DNA of 55,030 nt, taken from Candidatus Doudnabacteria bacterium (lineage in GTDB: Bacteria; Patescibacteriota; JABMPQ01; JAGQLO01). Location of the stretch: the NCBI GenBank assembly GCA_020429185.1, contig JAGQLO010000002.1, positions 1-55,030 on the forward strand, written 5' to 3'. The translations under genes and the position numbers were made by a program. The notes beneath the pieces are model-generated. The model made no database searches and was not told the DNA's origin. It saw only the letters and a program-made list of their open reading frames with translations. Positions 17,800 to 27,972 of the stretch are shown in pieces; position 1 is the stretch's first letter; the number at the start of each line of letters is the position of its first letter.

Positions 17800-19272
17800 G
17801 TGTCGAAGCGTATTGCCATTATCGGAGCTGGATTTGGCGGCATTTCCGCAGCCGCTCTTCTCGCTCGCCAGGGCCATCAGGTCACTGTATTTGAAAAGAA
17901 CGAACATGAAGGTGGTCGTGCCAGCATGTGGTATGAACGGGGATTCTCGTTCGACATGGGACCATCCTGGTATCTCATGCCCGATGTGTTTGAGAAGTTT
18001 TTTGCCAAGTTTGGGAAGCGTCCTTCCGAGTACTACACACTATCGCGCCTTGATCCTTCGTATCGCATGTTTTTTGGAGACGGAGCTCCTCTCGATATTT
18101 CCTCGAGTTTGGAGGAAAACAAGAAGCTTTTTGACGCCCTAGAGCCCAATGGAGGAGCTAAGTTACAAACGTATCTCGATCAAGCTGAGTATCAGTATGA
18201 TTCAGCTATGGAGACGTTCGTGGAACGTGACTACCAGTCAGTAATGGACTTCTTGGATTGGCGGCTTGCAAAAGAGGGGATTCGCATGCGCATGTTCAAT
18301 AGTCTCGACTCCCATGTCAGCCGTTTGTTTTCAAATGACCGAGCAAAGAAAATTCTGGAATATACCACCGTGTTTTTGGGCGGAAACCCAAAAAACACCC
18401 CAGCTCTCTACGCATTAATCGCGCATGTCGACTTTAATCTGGGTGTTTGGTATCCGCAGGGCGGTCTTCATGCTGTCGCAACCGGAATGATGCGTCTTGC
18501 GCAAGAGCAAGGCGCAACCTTTGTGTTCAATGCTCCTGTTGAGCAGATTCTCGTTTCTGACGGTAAGGCGAGCGGCGTTCGGGTGAATGGTGTTGATGAA
18601 CCATTTGATCTTGTTGTTTCCAATGCTGACTATCAGTTTACCGAATCAGCACTCCTTGCTCCTGAGCATCGATCCTATTCTGATGCCTATTGGGAATCGC
18701 GAACGATGGCACCTTCCGGGTTTGTGCTTTTTTTGGGTCTTGATAAGCGCATGGATTCGCTGAAGCATCATAATCTGTTCCTACAGAACGACTGGTTTGC
18801 TCATTTTGAGGAAATTTTTGATCGTCCTGCTTGGCCAGACGCACCTTCGTACTATGTGTGCGCCCCTTCTCTTACAGATCCTTCAGTAGCACCGGAAGGA
18901 AAGGAGGCGCTGTTTGTCTTGGTGCCTGTTGCGTCTGGCTTAGAAGACACAGATGCGATACGTACTCAATTTAGGGATAAGATTATTGCTGACATGGAAC
19001 GTGTCACAGGAGAATCAATTTCCGATCATATTGAAGTTGAGCGTATCTTTTCGCAACGCGACTTCACGGAGCGATATGGCGCTTTTCAAGGGACAGCTCT
19101 TGGGCTCGCTCATACACTTCGTCAGACTGCTATTTTAAGGCCGTCCATGCGGAGTAAGAAGGTGCAACACCTCTTCTTTACCGGGCAATATGTCCACCCT
19201 GGAATTGGCGTGCCGATGGTAGTGATTGCCTCCACCATTCTCTCGGATTCGATCGAAAAGCAGTATGGTTGA
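17800..19272 (+). CDS. crtI: Phytoene desaturase-family oxidoreductase (CrtI-like)
   Basis: FAD-binding fold KRIAIIGAGFGGISAAALLARQGHQVTVFEKNEHEGGRA, and the C-terminal FTGQYVHPGIGVP motif typical of CrtI. GTG 17800 chosen because the track start at 17764 lies inside the upstream terminator. Confidence 0.85.
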   Translation: MSKRIAIIGAGFGGISAAALLARQGHQVTVFEKNEHEGGRASMWYERGFSFDMGPSWYLMPDVFEKFFAKFGKRPSEYYTLSRLDPSYRMFFGDGAPLDISSSLEENKKLFDALEPNGGAKLQTYLDQAEYQYDSAMETFVERDYQSVMDFLDWRLAKEGIRMRMFNSLDSHVSRLFSNDRAKKILEYTTVFLGGNPKNTPALYALIAHVDFNLGVWYPQGGLHAVATGMMRLAQEQGATFVFNAPVEQILVSDGKASGVRVNGVDEPFDLVVSNADYQFTESALLAPEHRSYSDAYWESRTMAPSGFVLFLGLDKRMDSLKHHNLFLQNDWFAHFEEIFDRPAWPDAPSYYVCAPSLTDPSVAPEGKEALFVLVPVASGLEDTDAIRTQFRDKIIADMERVTGESISDHIEVERIFSQRDFTERYGAFQGTALGLAHTLRQTAILRPSMRSKKVQHLFFTGQYVHPGIGVPMVVIASTILSDSIEKQYG

Positions 19273-20941
19273 CCGTCGACTGCGCTCCATTTTCCGCAAG
19301 GGGAGTAGAACGTATTACGGAGCTACTCGGTTTTTCCCGAAAGATGTTCGCGATGATGTGTTCGTGCTCTACGCGTTTGTGCGTATTGCAGATGAGTTTG
19401 TTGATGCGCGTCCGCAAGATCCCGAAGGGTTTGCCGCGTTTCGGGAGAACTATGCACGGGCACTAACTGGAACTCCTTCGGGCGATTTGGTTATCGATGG
19501 CTTTGTTGAGCTTGTTCACCGCACGTCGATCAATCCTGCCTGGGTAGAGTCGTTTCTAGATGTCATGCAGTCAGACCTTCATTGGTCTGAAAAACGGACT
19601 CGCCAGAATCTTTTGGAGTACATGTACGGATCTGCGGAGGTCGTTGGCCTGATGATGGCACGTGTGCTGCAACTACCGCCCGAGAGTTATGAGCAAGCAA
19701 GTTTGCTCGGTCGTGCGATGCAATACATCAATTTCATTCGAGATATTGCCGAAGATAAGGCACGTGGCAGAGTGTATTTTCCCACAGAGGAGCTTGAGTC
19801 GTTTGGTATATCGCAATTGTCATTCCAGGAGGCTCGTAAGAATCCCGAGGCGTTTTCTCGTTTCATGGCTGCGCAGATCGAGCAGTATCACGCCTGGCAG
19901 GAAGAAGCTGAGCAAGGTTTTGCCCATCTTCCACCCGCGGCACGTGCTGCTATTGGAACCGCTTCCGACATGTATGCCTGGACGTTGCATGTTATTGAGC
20001 GCGATCCGCTTGTTGTGTTTCGTAGGCAGGTACGACCTTCTCGACTGCGCGTCTTTATTACGGGCCTGCGTAGAACATGGCGTGAACGAGATTCCATTGG
20101 AAAGGCCTTGCTTCTTGCGACGCGACCACGGTTTTGGCTCTACCTTGCTGGAACGTACTTGGTGGGCGTCGTCTATGGTGCTGAAGATCTTCGTGCACTC
20201 TCAGATCCATCTATTTGGGCGCAACTTGCGTTTTTCCTCGTGCCCGCGAACTTTCTTCTGTATGCCGTCAACGATCTTGCCGACCGCGACACAGATGCAT
20301 TCAATGCTAAGAAGGACGGCACAAAAGAGGCAAGAGCGACACAATCCCGCTATCGGCAACTTCTTTGGGTTGGCTCCATTCTTTCACTCCTTCTCGGTAT
20401 TCTGTTGACCTGCGAGCAGTCAAACTCGATTTCACAGTGGTACTTTGGACTGTTCCTTGTGCTGGCTCTTACTTATAGCCTTCCTCCGGTTCGACTCAAG
20501 GCAAAGCCAATCGTTGATTCTGCTTCGAACATTCTCTACGCACTTCCAGGATTTCTCGGATATGCACAGCTGTCTGGCGAGGGAATTCCGTGGCTCGCGA
20601 TCGCATTTGCTTGGTGTTGGACAGCCGCCATGCACTTGTTTTCTGCAATACCGGACATCGTTCCAGACAAGGCTGCAGGCTTGCGCACGACAGCTGTCGT
20701 GCTTGGGCGCACAAAGGCGCTAATTGCCTGCACACTGCTTTGGGGAGGATTTGCAACACTTGCCTTATGGGCTCCTATTCCATGGCCGTTTAAGATTGCG
20801 GCGTGGGCCTATGCGGTAATCCCACTCTTGTTTCTTCGTCGATCCAATGAAGCACTTGAGCGGGTCTATTGGTTGTTTCCGTGGATGAATGGCGTAGCAG
20901 GGTTCCTGCTCTTTGTGGCGGGACTTGCTCGATTTTTGTAG
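19265..20941 (+). CDS. Fusion protein: phytoene/squalene synthase (CrtB-like) N-domain plus UbiA-family prenyltransferase C-domain
   Basis: N-terminal YYGATRFFP...VFVLYAFVRIADEFVD and RAMQYINFIRDIAED (the two Asp-rich motifs of trans-isoprenyl diphosphate synthases, head-to-head type). From about residue 290 there are ~8 TM helices with NDLADRDTD (the NDxxDxxxD motif of UbiA). ATGGTTGA start/stop overlap with crtI. Confidence 0.8.
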   Translation: MVDRRLRSIFRKGSRTYYGATRFFPKDVRDDVFVLYAFVRIADEFVDARPQDPEGFAAFRENYARALTGTPSGDLVIDGFVELVHRTSINPAWVESFLDVMQSDLHWSEKRTRQNLLEYMYGSAEVVGLMMARVLQLPPESYEQASLLGRAMQYINFIRDIAEDKARGRVYFPTEELESFGISQLSFQEARKNPEAFSRFMAAQIEQYHAWQEEAEQGFAHLPPAARAAIGTASDMYAWTLHVIERDPLVVFRRQVRPSRLRVFITGLRRTWRERDSIGKALLLATRPRFWLYLAGTYLVGVVYGAEDLRALSDPSIWAQLAFFLVPANFLLYAVNDLADRDTDAFNAKKDGTKEARATQSRYRQLLWVGSILSLLLGILLTCEQSNSISQWYFGLFLVLALTYSLPPVRLKAKPIVDSASNILYALPGFLGYAQLSGEGIPWLAIAFAWCWTAAMHLFSAIPDIVPDKAAGLRTTAVVLGRTKALIACTLLWGGFATLALWAPIPWPFKIAAWAYAVIPLLFLRRSNEALERVYWLFPWMNGVAGFLLFVAGLARFL

Positions 20942-20942
20942 A

Positions 20943-22283
20943 ATGCATGTCATGACCCGTCGTCTTACGCGAACCCTCTCAAGCCTTTCGATCATTCTTG
21001 GCCTTGTGTTTGTGCCTATTGGGGGATTTGGTGTGCTTGCAACCACAGGAGATGGCATTTTGAGCCAAACAACACTGTTTCTCGATGATGAAACAGCAGA
21101 AAAGGGCTATACCGTTTCTACCTTTGATGACGAGTTTCAAGTAGGGGTCTTACCTGGCTCACTCAACGGAGCTTCACGCGTGAAGCTTTCGTTGTTTTCT
21201 GAAGATGACTATCCATCGCCAGATGGTTGGACACGTGTGACGCCGGTTGCTGAATCTCTTTTGGCAAACGCGGATGAATTCCCGGAGACACAGCCGTATC
21301 TTGCGTTACGGTATGAGGCCGATGTTCCCTCGAACAACATTCAGGCTGCGTACTACAACCGACAAGATGCTGAATGGAAGTTTTTGCCTTCTGACACGGT
21401 TCCGGCGGAACGTCTTGTGCGTGCACGTGTTCCGTTTCGTGTTACAACACTTGCTGGATTTGCAGCAGAAGAGGGAGCGTTTACAGCAGGTCCTGTTAAG
21501 ACAACAGATGTTCCAGCGCCAGGAGCTCCCGCTCATGCCGTCATCGTCCTCGATGTTGCCTCTGGAGCTGTTCTACACGAATTTAACGTGCACGAGGCTC
21601 TTCCGCTGGCTTCGCTCACGAAACTTGTTTCTGCGCGTGTTGCCATGGATGTTGGTGTAGACCTGGATGCCACAACGACCTACACAAGTTCAGATGACGC
21701 TCTTGGCGCCTCCGTCAACTTTGCACCTGGCGATATTGTTGTGAATCGAGATTATCTTCATGCTTCCCTTGTTCGTTCAGGAAATAATGCAGCAAAGGTT
21801 GTGGCGCGCTCTACCGGTCTTTCCTCGGGGGATTTTGCGCGTCGCATGACACATCAGGCGCGTGATCTAGGCCTTTCAACTCCTTCGTTCGTGGATCCAA
21901 CAGGTCTTGAATCGGATAACGTTTCATCTGCGTACGACTTTGCCTTGTTGGCACGTAATGCCTTTCGCAATCCAGACATTGCGTCTGCGGCAACAAAGAA
22001 GTCCTATGCGTTTTCTGTTCAAAATACGGGCCGACAGGTGTCCTTTAACAACACAAACTTTTGGATTGGAGACAATGCGTTCTATGTTACCGGCAGTAAG
22101 ACGGGGTATTTGCCAGAAACATGGGGCGGAATCGGATTCAATCTTGTTGTACAGGCTCGATCTTCTCGTGACAGCCATGACGACGTCCTCGTTCTCGTCT
22201 TGGGTGCACCAAATCGCACGAGTTCCATTCATCACGTGAATGAGTTGCTGGACTGGACGTTTGAGAATCATGTGTGGGAATAA
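20943..22283 (+). CDS. Serine-type D-Ala-D-Ala carboxypeptidase (peptidase S11) with an unknown ~190-aa N-terminal domain
   Basis: SLTK (SxxK), SGNN (SxN) and KTG motifs in the correct order. N-terminal signal anchor. Confidence 0.85.
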   Translation: MHVMTRRLTRTLSSLSIILGLVFVPIGGFGVLATTGDGILSQTTLFLDDETAEKGYTVSTFDDEFQVGVLPGSLNGASRVKLSLFSEDDYPSPDGWTRVTPVAESLLANADEFPETQPYLALRYEADVPSNNIQAAYYNRQDAEWKFLPSDTVPAERLVRARVPFRVTTLAGFAAEEGAFTAGPVKTTDVPAPGAPAHAVIVLDVASGAVLHEFNVHEALPLASLTKLVSARVAMDVGVDLDATTTYTSSDDALGASVNFAPGDIVVNRDYLHASLVRSGNNAAKVVARSTGLSSGDFARRMTHQARDLGLSTPSFVDPTGLESDNVSSAYDFALLARNAFRNPDIASAATKKSYAFSVQNTGRQVSFNNTNFWIGDNAFYVTGSKTGYLPETWGGIGFNLVVQARSSRDSHDDVLVLVLGAPNRTSSIHHVNELLDWTFENHVWE

Positions 22284-22297
22284 CATCGTCGTGTTGT

Positions 22298-22696
22298 ATG
22301 CGTTCTACACTTCCAACAGGAGTCGAAGGAGGAAATGCCTCTGAATCTCGTAATGCGTATCAGTGGCTTATCGGACCGTTTATTCCGGAGTCCACGAGTG
22401 ATGTTCGGCACACAAGTGACATTGAATTGAAGTGGTCTGAACATGCGGCAGGAGATGCGCGTACCGAATGGAGTTCAGATGAGACCGCTACAACGATGAC
22501 GCTTCTGATTTCTGGTTCGTACGACACAGAGTTTGAAGATGGCTCTGTCTTTGAACATCGTTCGCTCGGTGACTACGTCATTTGGAAACCTGGAGTGAAC
22601 CACAAATGGACCGTCCATGAAGACAGCCTGATTCTTACAATCCGCTGGCCATCCTCTTGGACGCCCGAGACATCTGCGCACCCAATCGACGCCTAA
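22298..22696 (+). CDS. Small cupin-like protein
   Basis: Beta-rich ~130-aa protein. GDYVIWKPGVNHKW resembles a cupin motif-2 region. Weak assignment. Confidence 0.5.
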   Translation: MRSTLPTGVEGGNASESRNAYQWLIGPFIPESTSDVRHTSDIELKWSEHAAGDARTEWSSDETATTMTLLISGSYDTEFEDGSVFEHRSLGDYVIWKPGVNHKWTVHEDSLILTIRWPSSWTPETSAHPIDA

Positions 22697-22697
22697 C

Positions 22698-22735
22698 AAA
22701 AAAACGACCACCTATGAGCAGGTGGTCGTTTTTTT
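22698..22735. terminator. Bidirectional rho-independent terminator
   Basis: AAAAAAA, then CGACCACC-tatgagca-GGTGGTCG (perfect 8 bp), then TTTTTTT, between convergent operons. Confidence 0.88.
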
Positions 22736-23438
22736 AGATCTTCCAAGGAGTAACAACGGCTTCTCGAACGATTTCACGGGATAGCTTTGAAACGCCATCG
22801 CGTCGTTCAGTGAAGGTAATCGGCAGTTCTACAATTCGACCACCCGCGAGTTCTGCACGCCTCGCCATTTCGATCTGGAAGGCATATCCATCAGAGCGCG
22901 TTGTTGTGAAGAGCGTCTTTCCAAGCAGTTCGCGGTCCCAAGCACGAAATCCGCTTGTAATATCGTGAATACGACTTTGAAGAATGGTACGAGCATAGGC
23001 AGCGCCGCTACGACTCATCAGACGACGGCGCAGTGACCAATTTTGAACATCCCCGCCAGAGACGTAGCGAGAACCAATCACGAGATCAGCCTGCTGTTTT
23101 GCTAGTGGAGAAAGTAGCCGGGCAAGATCTTTGTGGTCGTGAGAGCCATCTGCGTCCATCTGGACCACGTAGTCCGCACCGTGCTCGAGAGCATTCTTCA
23201 TGCCTGCGCGATACGCATTTCCAAGTCCCATCTTTCCTGGTTGCGACAAAAGACGGAGACGGTGGGGGAATCGACGGCGATAATACTGCACGACTTCAGC
23301 AGTACCATCGGGAGATGTATCGTCTACCACAATAACTTCGGCACGTGTTTGACTTGCCGCAAACCGATAGAGTAGTTGCGGAAGCAGCGTCTGAAGATTT
23401 TCTCGTTCGTTGTAGGTTGGTATGACGACGGAAACCAT
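22734..23438 (-). CDS. Polyprenol-phosphate mannosyl/glycosyltransferase (GT2, Dpm1-like)
   Basis: VSVVIPTYNERENL, VIVVDDTSPDGT, and QMDADGSHD (DAD motif). Confidence 0.85.
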   Translation of the reverse strand: MVSVVIPTYNERENLQTLLPQLLYRFAASQTRAEVIVVDDTSPDGTAEVVQYYRRRFPHRLRLLSQPGKMGLGNAYRAGMKNALEHGADYVVQMDADGSHDHKDLARLLSPLAKQQADLVIGSRYVSGGDVQNWSLRRRLMSRSGAAYARTILQSRIHDITSGFRAWDRELLGKTLFTTTRSDGYAFQIEMARRAELAGGRIVELPITFTERRDGVSKLSREIVREAVVTPWKI

Positions 23439-23443
23439 AGGGG

Positions 23444-24271
23444 CTAATTTTCGATGTCGTATCCTCGCGCTGTCCAGGCATTGTAGCCGTCGACGATGTC
23501 AGAGACGAGAATGTATCCATTACGGACGAGCTCATCTACAAACAACTTACTTCGGTTTCCTGCATCGTCATATACGAAAACATCTTTATGCTTTGGAATG
23601 CGAACAAGCTCCTCTTTCAGATCCGTAAACTCGACACGCGTCGCTGTTGGAATATGTCCCTCCATAAAGGATTCCTGATCTCGCACGTCGAGCACAACAA
23701 CATCTTCACGATCTTGAATCATGGTATGTAGCTCATCTACGCTCGTTGCACGAACAAGAATCTCCTGGTTGGTAATGACTGGTAATCCCGCGTCTTTCCA
23801 TTCAGCAACACCACCACGGTAGTCGAGGAGGTTTTGATAGCCCTCGCCGCCTAATTCACGACCTGCCTTTGTTGAAAGAGCACAGGGGAGTACGTCGTTT
23901 CCAATACAACTGATCACTACTTCCCGGTTCTTAGGAATTTCAGCTTGTCGGTCGATCAATTCTTCGAATGGAATGTTGATCGATCCTGGAATGTGTTGCG
24001 CGAGATATCCGTCGCGTTCTTGTACGTCGACAAGAATCAGGTCTGGATTGCCGATCATCCGAGATTTCAACTCTTCCAAGTCTACTTGTGGAGCATCGCC
24101 CTCTTGCGCGTCATCATCTCCACGATCGTCAACGTGTGCGACTTGCTCTTGTACGCCCGTATCTCGCTGTGCAACGAAGATAACCAGTGCTGCCACCACA
24201 AGCACTGCTGAGAGTGCAAAGATGACCGTATCTCGTGGGGAGCGCTTCTGTGTTTCAGGTGTGTTCTGCAT
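23444..24271 (-). CDS. Membrane-anchored tandem rhodanese-domain protein
   Basis: N-terminal TM, then two rhodanese-like repeats (YLAQHIPGSINIP..., FMEGHIPTATRV...). Confidence 0.75.
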   Translation of the reverse strand: MQNTPETQKRSPRDTVIFALSAVLVVAALVIFVAQRDTGVQEQVAHVDDRGDDDAQEGDAPQVDLEELKSRMIGNPDLILVDVQERDGYLAQHIPGSINIPFEELIDRQAEIPKNREVVISCIGNDVLPCALSTKAGRELGGEGYQNLLDYRGGVAEWKDAGLPVITNQEILVRATSVDELHTMIQDREDVVVLDVRDQESFMEGHIPTATRVEFTDLKEELVRIPKHKDVFVYDDAGNRSKLFVDELVRNGYILVSDIVDGYNAWTARGYDIEN

Positions 24272-24301
24272 AGTAGATCTAGTATATCGGACTTGTTCGT
24301 A

Positions 24302-25255
24302 TTACGAAGGAAGTTGTTCACCCTCCAGTTCGCGCCCAGTTCCATGAAGAAACGCTTCTGCGGACTGCGGCTGCTTTCCCTCAAGTTGAACCTGAGTTGC
24401 CTCGATCCATCCATCTCCTGTTGCGATATGGAGCCCTTCATGTGTAGAGATCGTGCCAGGTGGTTGCGCTTCTTTGATCTGAGTCGTTACTTCGGGTCCA
24501 AGCTCAACGATCTTGAGTCGTTTTCCCTTCCACGTTGTATAGATGCCAGGCCAGGGCGTATAGGCCCGCAGTCTATCTCGTATCTGCCGTGATGTGCACG
24601 TCCAATCAATTTCCGCGTCTTCTTTTTTGGTGAGCTTGCAGAAGGTAGCAAGCGAATCGTCTTGCTCTGTGGTTCCATGTGTTCCATTCACCCAAGCCGG
24701 CAACAGATCGACCAACATACGACCTCCCTGCGTAAAGGCCTTCTCATACAATTCTTCCGAAGTGTGAACCGTTCCTAGATCAAATGATTCTTGCGCAAGC
24801 AGGGGACCAGCGTCCATTTTGCTCCGCACGAGAATGATAGACACAGCGGATGTTTCTTTGCCATCAAGAATGGCGGCTTGAATAGGTGTTGGACCGCGAT
24901 ATTCGGGAAGACGAGACGGATGAATATTGATTGCGTCGAATTGAGGAAGGCTGATGATGTTGTCTGGAATAAGCATGCCGTATCCGGCGACGACAAAGAG
25001 GTCTGCATCGAGTTCACGCAGCTGTGTTTCAATCTCTGGAGTCTTCAGAGATTCTGGCTGCAAGACAGGAATGTCGCGTTCTTGGGCCCACACTTTTGTA
25101 GCAGGTGACTTCAACTCTTTCTTTCTTCCTGAGGGGCGGTCTGGTTGTGCAATGACGGCAATAAGTTCCACGTCTTTACATGCCCGCAGGACCTCGAGGA
25201 CAGGAACAACAAAGTGAGGTGTTCCGAAGAACACAGTTTTGATGGGACTAGTCAT
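24302..25255 (-). CDS. fmt: Methionyl-tRNA formyltransferase
   Basis: VFFGTPHFVVPVLEVL, the INIHPSRLPEYRGPTPIQ motif, and a C-terminal OB-like domain. Downstream of def. Confidence 0.93.
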   Translation of the reverse strand: MTSPIKTVFFGTPHFVVPVLEVLRACKDVELIAVIAQPDRPSGRKKELKSPATKVWAQERDIPVLQPESLKTPEIETQLRELDADLFVVAGYGMLIPDNIISLPQFDAINIHPSRLPEYRGPTPIQAAILDGKETSAVSIILVRSKMDAGPLLAQESFDLGTVHTSEELYEKAFTQGGRMLVDLLPAWVNGTHGTTEQDDSLATFCKLTKKEDAEIDWTCTSRQIRDRLRAYTPWPGIYTTWKGKRLKIVELGPEVTTQIKEAQPPGTISTHEGLHIATGDGWIEATQVQLEGKQPQSAEAFLHGTGRELEGEQLPS

Positions 25256-25712
25256 CGCTCAAGAAACGATCAACGATAAGTGTTCCGTTCAGGTGGTCTA
25301 CCTCATGTTGGTACACGCGCGCGTGAAACCCTTTTACCACAAAGGAAATGTCATTTCCGTTTCGATCAAGTCCTGTCACTCGTAGTTTTTTTGCACGAGG
25401 AACGCGCCCCCAGTTTCCTGGAATCGAAAGACAGCCTTCTTCTCCAACATCTTCTTTTTCGTTCAAAATCTCTAGTTCTGGGTTTGCGATCACCTCGGCT
25501 CTGCCGTGCCCAGGATCGACAATAATGAGACGGATCGATTCTCCAATCTGAGGAGCTGCAAGACCCACACCTCGTTCGTGGTACATCGTTTCAATCATAT
25601 CTTCGACAAGTTGTTGTCCTGCTTCAGAACGCAGCCAAGCAGCGTCAACAGACTTCGCTTCCTCGCGAAGAATTGAATCTCTGTCTTTGTAGGTCAGTGG
25701 AAGCGTTGCCAT
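25248..25712 (-). CDS. def: Peptide deformylase
   Basis: GVGLAAPQIG, EGCLSIPG and HEVDHLNG motifs. Confidence 0.93.
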   Translation of the reverse strand: MATLPLTYKDRDSILREEAKSVDAAWLRSEAGQQLVEDMIETMYHERGVGLAAPQIGESIRLIIVDPGHGRAEVIANPELEILNEKEDVGEEGCLSIPGNWGRVPRAKKLRVTGLDRNGNDISFVVKGFHARVYQHEVDHLNGTLIVDRFLSDD

Positions 25713-25752
25713 GTAGCCAGTGTAACGACTTAGAGCGTCGACTCAAGTGCTG

Positions 25753-27786
25753 TTACAGGATTGATTCGGGATGTATGTCGACTCGAGCATGCTCTGGAAG
25801 CTCCTTCAGAATCTTCCAGATGGGGTCTTTCTGAGCTGCATTCAACTTGATCAACATATGTATGCGTGTTTTTCCTTTTGAGCGAGCGTGAAAGGCGGGT
25901 GCCGGGCCCAGTAGTTCCACTCCTTCAAGTTGTTCGAGTTGTGCCCGAAGCGCGTGAGCTATCTCATTTGCGTACTTTACTGCTGTCGTTGGTTGCACAT
26001 GTTCGATCAGGACACGCACCAACACCCCGAAAGGGGGATAGCTCCAGTCGTTCCGTTCTTTGAGTTCATGCGCAAAAAATGTGTCGGCATCGTGTGCGGC
26101 AACTGCTTGAATAACGGCATTTTCTGGATCGTATGTTTGAACTACGACACGTCCCGGCGTATCACGTCTTCCTGTGCGACCTACGACCTGTGTCAGCAGC
26201 TGGAAGGTTCGTTCGTGACTTCGCATGTCTGGCATGTGAAGCAGCGTATCGGCATTGATCACGCCTACAAGATCAACATTTGGGAGGTCGAGACCCTTGG
26301 TTACCATCTGAGTTCCCACAAGGACATCAACTTCATGATGTTTTACGGCATCAAAAAGAGCTTCGTGTGCATGTTTTTGTGTTGTAGTGTCGGCATCCAT
26401 GCGCGCAATACGTGCCTCGGGCAACAGCTTCTGCAAATCGAGTTCCACGCGCTCCGTTCCTGTTCCTACGTATTTCACCGAGAGGCTCTTACACTCCGGA
26501 CACGAAGCTGGCGGCACTTCGTGATGATTACAGTGGTGACACATCAAGACATTTTCTTTTCCCACATCCTTCGCCTTTGCCAGATGGTGCGTAAGCGGGA
26601 TCTCACAAGTAGGACAAACTGCCGTCCAACCACATTCTTTACATAAAATCGCGGTCGCTGCTCCACGGCGGTTCAAGAACACAATTGCCTGTTTTCCTTC
26701 TGCAAGCGTTTCTTTCAGCGCTTCTCGCAAGTCCCACGATAAGCTTGATGGATTGTCATGCTCTCGAAACTCTGTACGCATATCAACGATCCGCACCTTC
26801 GGAAATTGGTCTTGAAAGACGCGCTTCCGCATCCGCACAAGATGAACTGGAGATTCGCCAACAAGAGACGTTTCTTTCATTGCAGATGTACGTGCCATGA
26901 GCTCCACATGCGGAGTAGCTGATCCATAGATGAGCTGTGCACCCGCAAGTTCGGCGAGTTTTTCTGCAACCATGCGTCCATCGTAACGTGGAGCTTTTTC
27001 CCACGAGACGTAGCTGCCGTCATGACACTCGTCAACGATCACCAATGCCAGTTGTTTGAATGACGCAAAGAGTGCAGAGCGCGTCCCAAGCACAATGCGA
27101 GCTGTCCCGTCGGCCGCCTTTGTGAGTGCTTCCGTTCGCTGACCCACAGAACGTTTTGAGTGCACCGTCACAAACTGCTCCTGGCCAAATCGCTCACGAA
27201 GTCGCTGCTCCATTTGTGGAATCATGCCGATTTCTGGAACAAGAAAGAGAACCTGCGCTTCTGTATTTGCTGCGATCACACTTGCCATGCGTCGAAAGTA
27301 GACTTCCGTTTTTCCCGCTCCCGTCACGCCCCAAAGGAGAATTGGGGAATGTCCTAATTCACATTCTGTGACTGCCTCACGCTGCTCCTGCGTTAGCGGA
27401 GCGAGCTGAGGATGTTCTGCGCGTTGACGTGTTGTCCTGGTTTTTGTGCGGTTTTGCCTGGAAGGAGGAAGAAACAACTCGAGTGTTTTTCCGAGGGGAG
27501 CTAACCATTCGTGCGAAATCCACCTTGCTAATTCAAATGAAGTGGGAGAAATGGTGTATGGAGCCGTTCCATCGCTTAACGCCTTCAACTTTTGTTTGGG
27601 AATGCTCGTGGTTTCTTGTGTCTCGATGACGACCCCGCGAACCTCTCGACCTCCAAATGGAATCATCACTTCTTGTCCTAGCGAAAGCGCAACATCACCC
27701 GGAACGGTGTACGTAAAGGCTTCCGACGTTTTCTTGGATGTCGGGCGACGTGTTGTTGTGAGAGGAATGACGTTCGCAAAGCTCAT
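25753..27786 (-). CDS. priA: Primosomal protein N' (replication restart helicase PriA)
   Basis: Walker A GVTGAGKTEVY, DECH box, the Cys-rich zinc-binding insert (CKECGWTAVCPTC...CHHCNH...CPEC), and helicase C motifs. Confidence 0.93.
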   Translation of the reverse strand: MSFANVIPLTTTRRPTSKKTSEAFTYTVPGDVALSLGQEVMIPFGGREVRGVVIETQETTSIPKQKLKALSDGTAPYTISPTSFELARWISHEWLAPLGKTLELFLPPSRQNRTKTRTTRQRAEHPQLAPLTQEQREAVTECELGHSPILLWGVTGAGKTEVYFRRMASVIAANTEAQVLFLVPEIGMIPQMEQRLRERFGQEQFVTVHSKRSVGQRTEALTKAADGTARIVLGTRSALFASFKQLALVIVDECHDGSYVSWEKAPRYDGRMVAEKLAELAGAQLIYGSATPHVELMARTSAMKETSLVGESPVHLVRMRKRVFQDQFPKVRIVDMRTEFREHDNPSSLSWDLREALKETLAEGKQAIVFLNRRGAATAILCKECGWTAVCPTCEIPLTHHLAKAKDVGKENVLMCHHCNHHEVPPASCPECKSLSVKYVGTGTERVELDLQKLLPEARIARMDADTTTQKHAHEALFDAVKHHEVDVLVGTQMVTKGLDLPNVDLVGVINADTLLHMPDMRSHERTFQLLTQVVGRTGRRDTPGRVVVQTYDPENAVIQAVAAHDADTFFAHELKERNDWSYPPFGVLVRVLIEHVQPTTAVKYANEIAHALRAQLEQLEGVELLGPAPAFHARSKGKTRIHMLIKLNAAQKDPIWKILKELPEHARVDIHPESIL

Positions 27787-27972
27787 ATGATCTGCAGTTT
27801 ATCCCTTTTTTATGGCTTTTTCTAGTATATTGCGTGTTCGCGAAAAGGACTCCATGAAGCCATTTAGCGGCGACTGCACAAATGCACCTAGAGCAACGCC
27901 GAGCGCGCACTGATGGACCTCTGCGTCCTCCCTTGGCAAGCGACCGCCTGATCCTTTTCGCCACTATGGCGC

